Shown: one piece after another, positions 51,318-59,338 of the stretch
Numbering within the stretch: the stretch's first letter is position 1
How the letters are laid out: each line of letters starts with the position of its first letter
Source of the DNA: Acidovorax sp.
GTDB lineage: Bacteria > Pseudomonadota > Gammaproteobacteria > Burkholderiales > Burkholderiaceae_C
Assembly: GCF_016783915.1 (NCBI RefSeq)
Contig: NZ_JADHVT010000005.1
Location: 8,315 to 72,314 of the forward strand
Length of the DNA stretch: 64,000 nt
Direction: 5' to 3'
Translations under genes and position numbers: made by a program
Notes under the pieces: model-generated
Seen by the model: the letters and a program-made list of their open reading frames with translations, nothing else
Told to the model about the DNA's origin: nothing
The model's database searches: none

Positions 51318-51918
51318 CTACAGCGCAATGTTCAGGCCTGAAAGCTTGTGGCTCACAACCCTCCATTGTTCCGCATCTGGCAAAGCCGCTTTTCTTTTGG
51401 TGATTGTTGGGGAGCGGGGGCGCCAGCTTTTTGTTGAACTGCAGAAAGACTTCCATCCCTTCGGGCAGGTCGTCTTCTGCATAGATGGCGTTGGCCGGGC
51501 ACTCCGGAATACACACCGCGCAGTCGATGCATTCGTCCGGGTCAATGACCAGGGATGGAACCTGCTCAAGGTCTTTTCGGGGTCGCGCAAGTCCCTTCTC
51601 GGGGTGGAATGCAAGGCGCGGTGTGCAGCCAATAGCCCGTGCTATTGGCAAGCGACGCAACGCTGCAGACCGCCCGAAAAGGCACTTGCCCGAAGGGTTG
51701 GAATGAAATCGGGTGATTGGACGCCCCGGCCGCTTGCATGGGCATGAGCCCATGCGGCGCATCCGAAGCATCCACTCATCCCGATTGCATTCCAACGCGA
51801 TCCCCGAAAAGACCTTGAGCAGGTTCCCAGGCCCCTCCTTGAAGCAATCAACAGGGCACACATCGACGCAGTCGGTGTACTTGCACCGAATGCATGCGTC
51901 CGTCACAACGTGCGTCAT
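51318..51918 (-). pseudogene. fdxA: 7Fe ferredoxin (FdxA/FdI type) disrupted by a MITE and a +1 frameshift
   Basis: MTHVVTDACIRCKYTDCVDVCPVDCFKEGP | 91-codon insert | SLVIDPDECIDCAVCIPECPANAIY. The native tail PTITKRKAALPDAEQW..IAL* is in another frame after the G5 run at 51416-51420. AGGAG RBS present. Confidence 0.9.
51557..51827. mobile_element. 271-bp non-autonomous MITE with ~31-bp terminal inverted repeats
   Basis: Ends are GGAACCTGCTCAAGGTCTTTTCGGGG(A)TCGCG and its reverse complement. No transposase ORF. It interrupts a conserved gene. Confidence 0.9.
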
Positions 51919-51984
51919 TTTGGGGCTCCTTGTGCACCATTTTTGGGGGTTCGAAAACACCATTGCAGAGTCTGGTTGATTCCG

Positions 51985-52005
51985 CTACATTGACATCAAA
52001 TGTAG
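51985..52005. promoter_or_regulatory. Palindromic operator candidate between divergent fdxA and hnr
   Basis: CTACATT-GACATCA-AATGTAG, overlapping a TTGACA hexamer. Confidence 0.55.
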
Positions 52006-52093
52006 TGTTCACAACATTTAAGTTAAGTGAATGCTACACAAAATGCAATGCGCGTACAAGCACCTGCAACAATGCAATGAATGGGTTGCCACG

Positions 52094-53725
52094 ATGACTG
52101 AACACACCAAGACCGATGGGCTGCCGGGCATGGACGCGCCAGATCTGCCGCAGGTGCTCGAGCGCGCCCGGCCCCGTAACGAGCGCATGAACGCCGCCAA
52201 GGTAGAGTGCAACGCGTGCCCGGTGCTGTGCCAGATTTCCGAAGGCCGGGCAGGCGCGTGTGACCGTTACGCCAACCATGCCGGCGTGCTCGTGCGGCTG
52301 GATCCGGTGGTGCTGCTGCGCAAAACCCTGGAGGCAGGCGAGGCCACGCTGGTGCCGTTTGTGAGCCGCGCAGGGACTAGCGATGGGCAAGAGGGTGCCG
52401 ACGCAGAGTCTGCGGTCGCGCCGCAGCCCTGGTCTGGCGACTTGCTGTTGAGTGAAGAGGTTTTTGTCACGGGTGTGGGCTCGTCCACCACCTACCCCGA
52501 CTACAAGCCTGCGCCGTTCATCGTAGGCTCCCAAACCGATGGCGTGGACATGGTCACGGTGGTCACCGAAGGCATCTTCAGCTACTGCAGCTTCAAGGTG
52601 AAGATCGATACCGACCGTTTCCTCGGATCCGAGCAGGCCAATGTGCGCTGCAAGGGCGAGGTGGTGGGCCATGTGACCACGGCGGAATACGGCTCGCAGA
52701 TGCTGTCACTCGGTGGCGTGCACCACCTCACGGGTGGTACCAAGAAGGAGGGCCGCATCACCGCCGAGATGATGCAGGCGCTGGGCAACAAGCAGGCCGT
52801 GGAGTTCACCATCGACGGTGGCTCGCAACTGGTGATCCAGGCGGGGCGGGCGCCCATCGTCAACGGTGTGGCCGAACAGCGCATGCGTGTTGGCTGCGGT
52901 TCTGCGGCCATTGGTATCTTTGCGCGCCAGTTCTTCGGCCATGCCGACGAGGTGGTGGTGGTGGACGACCACATCACGGGCGTGCTTACCGAGCATCAGG
53001 CGGGCCGTTGCCTGGACATGAAGCCTTCGGGCATTCGGATGCGTGGACGCAAATCCACGCCAGGCCGTTACTTTCAGGTGGCCAATCCGGGCACAGGCTG
53101 GGGCGGCACCGACATTGCCGATCCGCTGTCCATCATCGAAGGCTGGGACGAATCCGTTGCCTGGCCGGGGCTGCGCCTCTTGATGACCTCCACCACGGGG
53201 GAGCACGCATCCTGGTACGTGCTGGACGAACAACTGAATCCGGTGGAAGCCGAGATGCCTGCCGAGGTGCGCCGTATCGTGGACCGCATTGGCGAAAACT
53301 GCGAGCCCTCGCTGGCCTCCGTGCTGTTCCTTGGTGGAGCCGGCGGCAGTCTGCGCGCAGGGGTTACCGAGAACCCGGTGCTGCTCACCCGCTCCATCAA
53401 GAATGCGCTGGTCAATGTGACTTGCGGCGGCGCACCGGCCTATGTGTGGCCGGGCGGCGGTATCACCGTGATGGTAGACGTGCTGCGCATGCCGGACAAC
53501 AGTTTTGGCACCGTGCCTACGCCCGCCATCGTGGCACCCATCGAGTTCAGCATGCGCCGAGCGGACTACGAGGCACTGGGTGGACACACCGAACAGATCC
53601 GCAGCCTGCGTGAGGTGCTGGAGCGTGGTGCGTGGCACAACGATGGTGCACCGCAGGCGCGCGTCTGGCAGACCTTGCCTGCCGCCAATCCGTGGCCGTT
53701 GGGCCGCCCACCTCTGCTGGGCTGA
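52094..53725 (+). CDS. hnr: 6-hydroxynicotinate reductase (Fe-S flavoprotein)
   Basis: N-terminal CNACPVLC..GACDRY Fe-S motif, TYPDYKPAPFI, TEGIFSYC, MRVGCGSA, GWGGT and GGAGGSLRAGV; clustered with enamidase and a molybdo-hydroxylase. Confidence 0.85.
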   Translation: MTEHTKTDGLPGMDAPDLPQVLERARPRNERMNAAKVECNACPVLCQISEGRAGACDRYANHAGVLVRLDPVVLLRKTLEAGEATLVPFVSRAGTSDGQEGADAESAVAPQPWSGDLLLSEEVFVTGVGSSTTYPDYKPAPFIVGSQTDGVDMVTVVTEGIFSYCSFKVKIDTDRFLGSEQANVRCKGEVVGHVTTAEYGSQMLSLGGVHHLTGGTKKEGRITAEMMQALGNKQAVEFTIDGGSQLVIQAGRAPIVNGVAEQRMRVGCGSAAIGIFARQFFGHADEVVVVDDHITGVLTEHQAGRCLDMKPSGIRMRGRKSTPGRYFQVANPGTGWGGTDIADPLSIIEGWDESVAWPGLRLLMTSTTGEHASWYVLDEQLNPVEAEMPAEVRRIVDRIGENCEPSLASVLFLGGAGGSLRAGVTENPVLLTRSIKNALVNVTCGGAPAYVWPGGGITVMVDVLRMPDNSFGTVPTPAIVAPIEFSMRRADYEALGGHTEQIRSLREVLERGAWHNDGAPQARVWQTLPAANPWPLGRPPLLG

Positions 53726-53737
53726 GTGGGTCGCTCT

Positions 53738-54658
53738 GTGAACGCCTGCCGCAAGCTCTTGTCCGATGGCCGCTGGCATTTCCAGCATGGGCCGATGGAC
53801 CTCATCCTCCAGGCCGAAGGGGAGCGCAATGCCGTAGTGCAGGCGCATGAATGCGCATGGCAACGCTTTGACCGGCTGTTGCAGGAACTGGTGAGTGAAC
53901 TCCCGGGTTTGCGGGCGCCGGTGGGCGAACGCTGTGGTGTGCAGGGCGTGGTGGCGCGTCGCATGTGGGCTGCTTGCAGTCCTTACCGCACGGGCTTCAT
54001 TACATCAATGGCGGCAGTGGCAGGCTCGGTGGCGCAGGAGATTCTGGCGTGCTATGACCAGCCTGGCATTGACCGCGCCTGGGTCAACAACGGGGGCGAC
54101 ATTGCGTTGCACCTGGCGCATGGCCAGTCGGTCACGGTGGGGGTGTACGCTGACATCGCTGCACTGAACGCCGCACAGTTGCGCAACGGCCTGGTGCTGG
54201 ATGGGCAGATCCGCATCGACAGCGCCATGCCGGTGCGTGGTGTGGCCACCAGTGGGTGGCGCGGGCGCAGCCAGTCGCTGGGTATTGCGGACAGTGTCAC
54301 GGTGCTGGCGCGCACGGCGGCGCAGGCCGATGCGGCGGCGACCATTGTGGCCAATGCGGTCAATGTGCAGGACGCGCGCATTGGTCGCATGCCGGCGTGG
54401 CAAGTGCGGGACGACAGTGACCTGGGTGCCATTCCCGTCACTGTGGACGTTCCTGCCTTGCCCGAGGAGCAGGTTCGCAGGGCCTTGCATCAGGGGTTGC
54501 AAAAAGCGCAAGAATTGCAGTCCGGCGGCCTGCTGTGGTTTGCACTGCTGGCGTGCCAGGGGCAGTTTGTGGCGACCGCAGCACCACAAGCCCTGGCGGG
54601 TGCCGTTTGGCTCCCACACGCAGTGATGGAATCGGAAGTTGGTTCGGTATTTGCTTAA
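53738..54658 (+). CDS. UPF0280 family protein (ApbE-like superfamily)
   Basis: HGPMDL, MAAVAGSVA, VNNGGDIA, GVATSGW-x-GRS-x-SLGIADSVTV and ADAAAT. Confidence 0.85.
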   Translation: MNACRKLLSDGRWHFQHGPMDLILQAEGERNAVVQAHECAWQRFDRLLQELVSELPGLRAPVGERCGVQGVVARRMWAACSPYRTGFITSMAAVAGSVAQEILACYDQPGIDRAWVNNGGDIALHLAHGQSVTVGVYADIAALNAAQLRNGLVLDGQIRIDSAMPVRGVATSGWRGRSQSLGIADSVTVLARTAAQADAAATIVANAVNVQDARIGRMPAWQVRDDSDLGAIPVTVDVPALPEEQVRRALHQGLQKAQELQSGGLLWFALLACQGQFVATAAPQALAGAVWLPHAVMESEVGSVFA

Positions 54659-54679
54659 CGAATTGCACAGGTTTACAGA

Positions 54680-55321
54680 ATGATCCAGATACGACGCGTT
54701 TTCACCCATCTTGAGGAAATCCGGCACGAATTCGGGCCGGTGGCCGATGTGCCGTTGCTGCGTGGTGCCATCGGCGCGGTGCTGACCAACCCATTTGCGG
54801 GCCGGTACGAGCCCGACATCCTGCCCATGATGGATGCCCTGCAGGACGTGGGGCTGGACATGGCGCAGCGCCTGCTGAAGGCCATGGCCGTGCCCGCCGA
54901 GCGCATCGAGACCTATGGCAAAGGCGCCATCGTGGGCGCGGCCGGCGAGCTGGAACACGGCGCGCTGTGGCATGTGCCCGGCGGCTACGCCATGCGCGAA
55001 CTGCTGGGCTGGAAGGGCGACCGCAACGCCTACGCCAAGGGCCAGGCCGAAGAGAAGACCGGGCAACCCGCGAATGCGCTGTCTATCGTGCCCTCCACCA
55101 AGAAGGTGGGTGGCCCCGGTGCGGCGCTGGACGTGCCGCTGACCCACATCAACGCCAGCTATGTGCGTAGCCATTTCGACGCGATCGAAGTGCGTGTTCC
55201 GGGCGCGCCCTCCGCTGATGAGATCGTGTTCATACTTGCCATGACCACGGGCCCGCGCATCCACGCCCGTGTCGGAGGACTCAAGGCGGCAGACATCAGC
55301 CAGTGGAACGGCTTGCGCTGA
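54680..55321 (+). CDS. DUF1185 ('amino acid synthesis') family protein, paralogue 1
   Basis: NPFAGRY, YGKGAIVG..GELEHG and VPLTHINASYVRSHFD. Confidence 0.8.
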   Translation: MIQIRRVFTHLEEIRHEFGPVADVPLLRGAIGAVLTNPFAGRYEPDILPMMDALQDVGLDMAQRLLKAMAVPAERIETYGKGAIVGAAGELEHGALWHVPGGYAMRELLGWKGDRNAYAKGQAEEKTGQPANALSIVPSTKKVGGPGAALDVPLTHINASYVRSHFDAIEVRVPGAPSADEIVFILAMTTGPRIHARVGGLKAADISQWNGLR

Positions 55322-55376
55322 GCCGCGCGCCGACCCGCACACCATCGAACAAGACAAGATCCCAAGGAGTCAAAAA

Positions 55377-55961
55377 ATGCCAGCCAAGATTCGAAAGATC
55401 ATCGTCCAGACCGACGAGGTCCGCGTGGAAATGGGGCGTGACGTTCAGCCCCCGGTGCGCAAGGCGCTGGCCATGGCCGTGATCGAGAACCCCTTTGCCG
55501 GACGTTATGTGGAAAACCTCGACGAACTCATTGCCATCGGTGAGGAGCTGGGAGGCCTTCTGGGCGCCCGCTGCGTGCAGGCCCTGGGCATTGCCCCGGG
55601 CGATGCGCACAGCTACGGCAAGGCCGCCATCGTGGGCGAGGCGGGCGAGCTGGAGCACGCCGCCGCCATCCTCCACCCCAAGCTGGGCGCACCACTGCGT
55701 GTGGCTGTCGAGAAGGGTGCCGCGTTGGTCCCATCCAGCAAGAAGATGGGCGGCCTCGGCACGGCCATCGACGTGCCCCTGGGCCACAAGGATGCGGCTT
55801 ACGTGCGCAGCCATTTCGACGCCATGGAAGCCCGTGTAGCCGATGCCCCGCGGGCCAATGAAATCGTGGTGGCCGTTGTCGTGACCGACAGCGGACGGCC
55901 GTTGCCACGTGTCGGCGGCCTCACGGCCTCTGAAATAAAAGGCGTTGACGGCCTGCGCTGA
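55377..55961 (+). CDS. DUF1185 ('amino acid synthesis') family protein, paralogue 2
   Basis: NPFAGRY, YGKAAIVG..GELEHA and VPLGHKDAAYVRSHFD; AAGGAG RBS. Confidence 0.82.
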   Translation: MPAKIRKIIVQTDEVRVEMGRDVQPPVRKALAMAVIENPFAGRYVENLDELIAIGEELGGLLGARCVQALGIAPGDAHSYGKAAIVGEAGELEHAAAILHPKLGAPLRVAVEKGAALVPSSKKMGGLGTAIDVPLGHKDAAYVRSHFDAMEARVADAPRANEIVVAVVVTDSGRPLPRVGGLTASEIKGVDGLR

Positions 55962-56042
55962 GCCCGGCGCGCGTACAACATACACCTGTCCTGTCTCACC
56001 CCCCGTTCGATCTCTCTCCAACCATCCTTCAGGAGTCTCCCC

Positions 56043-57254
56043 ATGACGATGCGACGAAACCTCATGCGTGCCACGGCTGCGGCTGCATTGGCCCTTACCC
56101 TGGCCCCTGTTTTTGCCCAAGGCGTGATCAAGATTGGCGAGGTCAACAGCTACAAGGCGCAGCCCGCTTTCCTGGAGCCCTACAAGAAAGGCATGGAGCT
56201 GGCGGTCGATGAGATCAACGCTGCGGGCGGCGTCAATGGCAAAAAGATCGAACTGATCACGCGCGACGATAACGCCAACCCCGGCGACGCCGTTCGTGTG
56301 GCCGAAGAGCTGGTGTCGCGCGAGAAGGTCGATGTGCTGGCTGGCACCTTCCTGTCGAACACCGGCTTGGCAGTTGCCGACTTCGCCAAGCAGAAGAAGT
56401 TCTTCTTTCTCGCAGGCGAGCCGCTGACCGACAAGATGACCTGGCAAGGCGGCAACCAGTACACCTTCCGCCTGCGTCCCGGCACCTACATGCAGGCCGC
56501 CATGCTGGTACCCGAGGCCGCCAAGATGAAGAAAAAGCGCTGGGCCGTTGTCTACCCCAACTACGAATACGGGCAGTCTGCGGTGGCGGCGTTCAAGCAA
56601 CTGCTCAAGGCCGCGCAGCCCGACGTGGAGTTTGTGGCCGAACAAGCCACGCCACTGGGCCGGGTGGACGCCGGCAGCGTGGTGCAAGCGCTGTCTGATG
56701 CCAAGCCCGACGCAGTCTTCAACGTGCTGTTTGGCGCAGACTTGTCGAAGTTCGTGCGCGAAGGCAACACGCGCGGCCTCTTCAAGGGCATCGAGGTGGT
56801 CAGCGTGCTGACGGGCGAGCCCGAATACATGGACCCCTTGAAAGACGAGGCCCCCAACGGCTGGCTGGTGACCGGCTATCCCTGGTACGGCATCAACACC
56901 CCCGCGCACAAGGCATTCGAGCAGGCGTACCAGGCCAAGTTCAAGGACTACCCGCGTCTGGGCTCGGTGGTGGGCTACAGCATGATCAAGTCCGCCGCAG
57001 CCGGTATTGCCAAAGCCAAGAGCACCGACACCGACAAGCTGGTCGCAGCCTTCAAGGGTCTGCAGGTAGACACCCCATTCGGCAAGATCACCTACCGTCC
57101 TGAAGACCACCAGGCCACCATGGGCGCGTTTGTTGGCCGCACCAAGAACGAAGGCGGCAAGGGCGTGATGGTGGACTACGTCTACCTGGATGGCGCCGAT
57201 GCCAAGTACCAGCCGTCCGCTGCCGACGTGAAAAAGTCACGAAGCGCTGATTGA
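56043..57254 (+). CDS. ABC transporter substrate-binding protein (LivK/J-like), likely for nicotinate or a pyridine acid
   Basis: Signal peptide, IKIGE, RDD-x-x-x-PG and PNYEYG; first gene of a liv-type operon. Confidence 0.88.
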   Translation: MTMRRNLMRATAAAALALTLAPVFAQGVIKIGEVNSYKAQPAFLEPYKKGMELAVDEINAAGGVNGKKIELITRDDNANPGDAVRVAEELVSREKVDVLAGTFLSNTGLAVADFAKQKKFFFLAGEPLTDKMTWQGGNQYTFRLRPGTYMQAAMLVPEAAKMKKKRWAVVYPNYEYGQSAVAAFKQLLKAAQPDVEFVAEQATPLGRVDAGSVVQALSDAKPDAVFNVLFGADLSKFVREGNTRGLFKGIEVVSVLTGEPEYMDPLKDEAPNGWLVTGYPWYGINTPAHKAFEQAYQAKFKDYPRLGSVVGYSMIKSAAAGIAKAKSTDTDKLVAAFKGLQVDTPFGKITYRPEDHQATMGAFVGRTKNEGGKGVMVDYVYLDGADAKYQPSAADVKKSRSAD

Positions 57255-57362
57255 TTCCCTCTGAGGTCTGAGGCGCCTGCCGCGCCTCGGTCCCGGCAGA
57301 CGCTACCGGCAGCCTGGCACAGGCAAATTCTGCGGGTGCTGGCTGGTGTCGGCTGGGGCAAG

Positions 57363-57416
57363 GCCGGCTTCTTTCATGGCCTTCGCGCTGGCAAAAATAG
57401 TGTGAACAGGCCCTAC
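57363..57416. repeat. Solitary terminal segment of an IS5-like MITE
   Basis: ...CTGGCAAAAATAGTGTGAACAGGCCCTA. The reverse complement GGGCCTGTTCACA resembles the fdxA MITE end GGAACCTGCTCAA. No partner end was found. Confidence 0.45.
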
Positions 57417-57430
57417 AGGGTTTATTGAAC

Positions 57431-59338
57431 ATGAGTTTTTCGGGTTTCATCGTTCAGCTCATCAACGGGCTGGCGAGCGCGTCGTCGCTGTTCCTCGTGG
57501 CGGCGGGTCTGTCGCTGATCTTTGGCGTGACCCGCATCGTGAACTTTGCCCATGGCTCATTCTTCATGGTGGGCATCTACGTCGCGTACTCGCTGGTCGA
57601 GCGCCTGAGCGGTGCCCTGGGCTTCTGGGTGGCCTTGCCGCTGGCCGCGCTGATCGTTGGCGTGCTGGGGGCGCTGATCGAGGTGGTGCTGCTGCGCCGC
57701 ATCTACAAGGCGCCCGAGCTGTTCCAGCTGCTGGCCACGTTTGCACTGGTGCTGGTCATCAAGGACGCCGTGCTGTGGCTCTGGGGCCCCGACGAACTGC
57801 TGGGCCCGCGCGCGCCGGGCCTTTCGGGTTCCGTGAGCCTGCTCGGGCGGCAGTTTCCCAGCTACGACCTGTTCCTCATCGTGGTCGGTCCGCTGGTGCT
57901 GGGCGCGGTCTGGCTGCTCCTCACGCGCACCCGGTTCGGCACGCTGGTGCGTGCCGCCACGCAAGACCGCGAGATGGTGAGCGCCCTGGGCGTCAACCAG
58001 GCCTGGTTGTTCACGGCCGTGTTTGCGCTGGGCGCAATGCTGGCCGGGCTGGGTGGCGCACTGCAACTGCCGCGCGAGCCCGCGACGCTGGAGATGGACC
58101 TGCACACCATCGGTGCCGCCTTCGTGGTGGTGGTGGTGGGTGGCATGGGCTCCATCCCGGGCGCGTACGCCGCCGCCCTGCTGATCTCCGAGATCAAGGC
58201 CATCTGCATCTGGCTGGGTGTGGTCGACGTGTTCGGCATGAGCATTTCCTTCTCCAAGCTGACCCTGGTGGTGGATTTTCTGGTGATGGCTGTGGTGCTT
58301 GTCTGGCGCCCATGGGGGCTGTTTGGCCGACCACAGGCACCCAGCCGCTATGTGGGCATGCAGGAGGAGCCATTGCGTCGGCCGGGCAAGGCCTATCTGG
58401 TAGCGGCCGCCGTGCTGGGCCTGCTGCTGGTGGCAGCACCGCTGCTGACCGCGCAGTCGCCGTACACCACGGTGTTGCTGATTGACCTGCTGATCGCAGC
58501 GCTGTTTGCGGCCAGCCTTCACTTCATCATGGGGCCTGCGGGCATGCATTCGTTCGGCCATGCCGCCTACTTCGGGTTGGGCGCCTATGGCGCGGCCCTG
58601 CTGGTGCGCTCGCTCGGGCTACCGATGGAGATCGCACTGGTGGTGGCGCCGCTGGTGGCGGCGGCCGGGGCGTTTGTTTACGGGTGGTTTGCAGTGCGGC
58701 TGTCGGGTGTGTATCTCGCCATGCTGACGCTGGCCTTCGCCCAGATCACCTGGGCCATCACTTACCAGTGGGACAGTTTCACGGGTGGCAGCAACGGCCT
58801 GACCGGTGTCTGGCCTGCGGCCTGGCTGGCAGACAAGCGCATGTATTACTGGCTCACGCTGGCACTGGTGGGGGCAGGGGTGTGGTGGCTGCGCCGCGTG
58901 CTGTTCTCGCCGTTTGGCTATGCGCTGCGCGCGGGGCGCGACTCTGTGCTTCGGGCCGACGCCATCGGCATCGACGTCAAGCGCATGCAGTGGGCGGCGT
59001 TTGTGGTGGCGGGCACGGCTGCAGGGCTGGCAGGGGCGCTGTATGCGTTCTCCAAGGGCAGCATTTCGCCGGAGTCGCTGGCCGTGGGCAAATCGGTGGA
59101 CGGGTTGGTGATGGTGCTGCTCGGCGGCATCCAGACGCTGGCGGGCCCCGTGGTGGGCGCGGTCACCTTCACCTGGCTGCACGACACCGTGGCGCGCAAC
59201 ACCGACTACTGGCGCGCCATGCTGGGCGCCATCATCCTCATCCTGGTGCTGCTTTTTCCGCAGGGCATCGCTGGCACCATCAAACAGATTTTTGACAACA
59301 TGCGCGACGCCAAGAACACCAAGGAGGGCGCAGCATGA
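57431..59338 (+). CDS. Fused LivH-LivM ABC permease
   Basis: GLSLIFG..NFAHG (LivH half), SFGHAAYFGLGAY and GGSNG (LivM half). Confidence 0.9.
   Translation: MSFSGFIVQLINGLASASSLFLVAAGLSLIFGVTRIVNFAHGSFFMVGIYVAYSLVERLSGALGFWVALPLAALIVGVLGALIEVVLLRRIYKAPELFQLLATFALVLVIKDAVLWLWGPDELLGPRAPGLSGSVSLLGRQFPSYDLFLIVVGPLVLGAVWLLLTRTRFGTLVRAATQDREMVSALGVNQAWLFTAVFALGAMLAGLGGALQLPREPATLEMDLHTIGAAFVVVVVGGMGSIPGAYAAALLISEIKAICIWLGVVDVFGMSISFSKLTLVVDFLVMAVVLVWRPWGLFGRPQAPSRYVGMQEEPLRRPGKAYLVAAAVLGLLLVAAPLLTAQSPYTTVLLIDLLIAALFAASLHFIMGPAGMHSFGHAAYFGLGAYGAALLVRSLGLPMEIALVVAPLVAAAGAFVYGWFAVRLSGVYLAMLTLAFAQITWAITYQWDSFTGGSNGLTGVWPAAWLADKRMYYWLTLALVGAGVWWLRRVLFSPFGYALRAGRDSVLRADAIGIDVKRMQWAAFVVAGTAAGLAGALYAFSKGSISPESLAVGKSVDGLVMVLLGGIQTLAGPVVGAVTFTWLHDTVARNTDYWRAMLGAIILILVLLFPQGIAGTIKQIFDNMRDAKNTKEGAA

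Noticed and set aside
51235-51963. 242-aa ORF taken as a genuine novel multi-cysteine ferredoxin fusion
   Set aside because: The middle 91 codons are a TIR-bounded element and the tail is out of frame with the conserved FdI C-terminus, so a disrupted fdxA explains it better.
51250-54700. Apparent drop in GC3 across fdxA-hnr-UPF0280 as evidence of separate horizontal origin
   Set aside because: This is a visual impression only. It needs a computed GC3 or codon-adaptation profile, and no boundary signatures were seen.
57431-59338. LivH-LivM permease fusion as a novelty
   Set aside because: Such fusions are common in proteobacterial branched-chain-type ABC systems.
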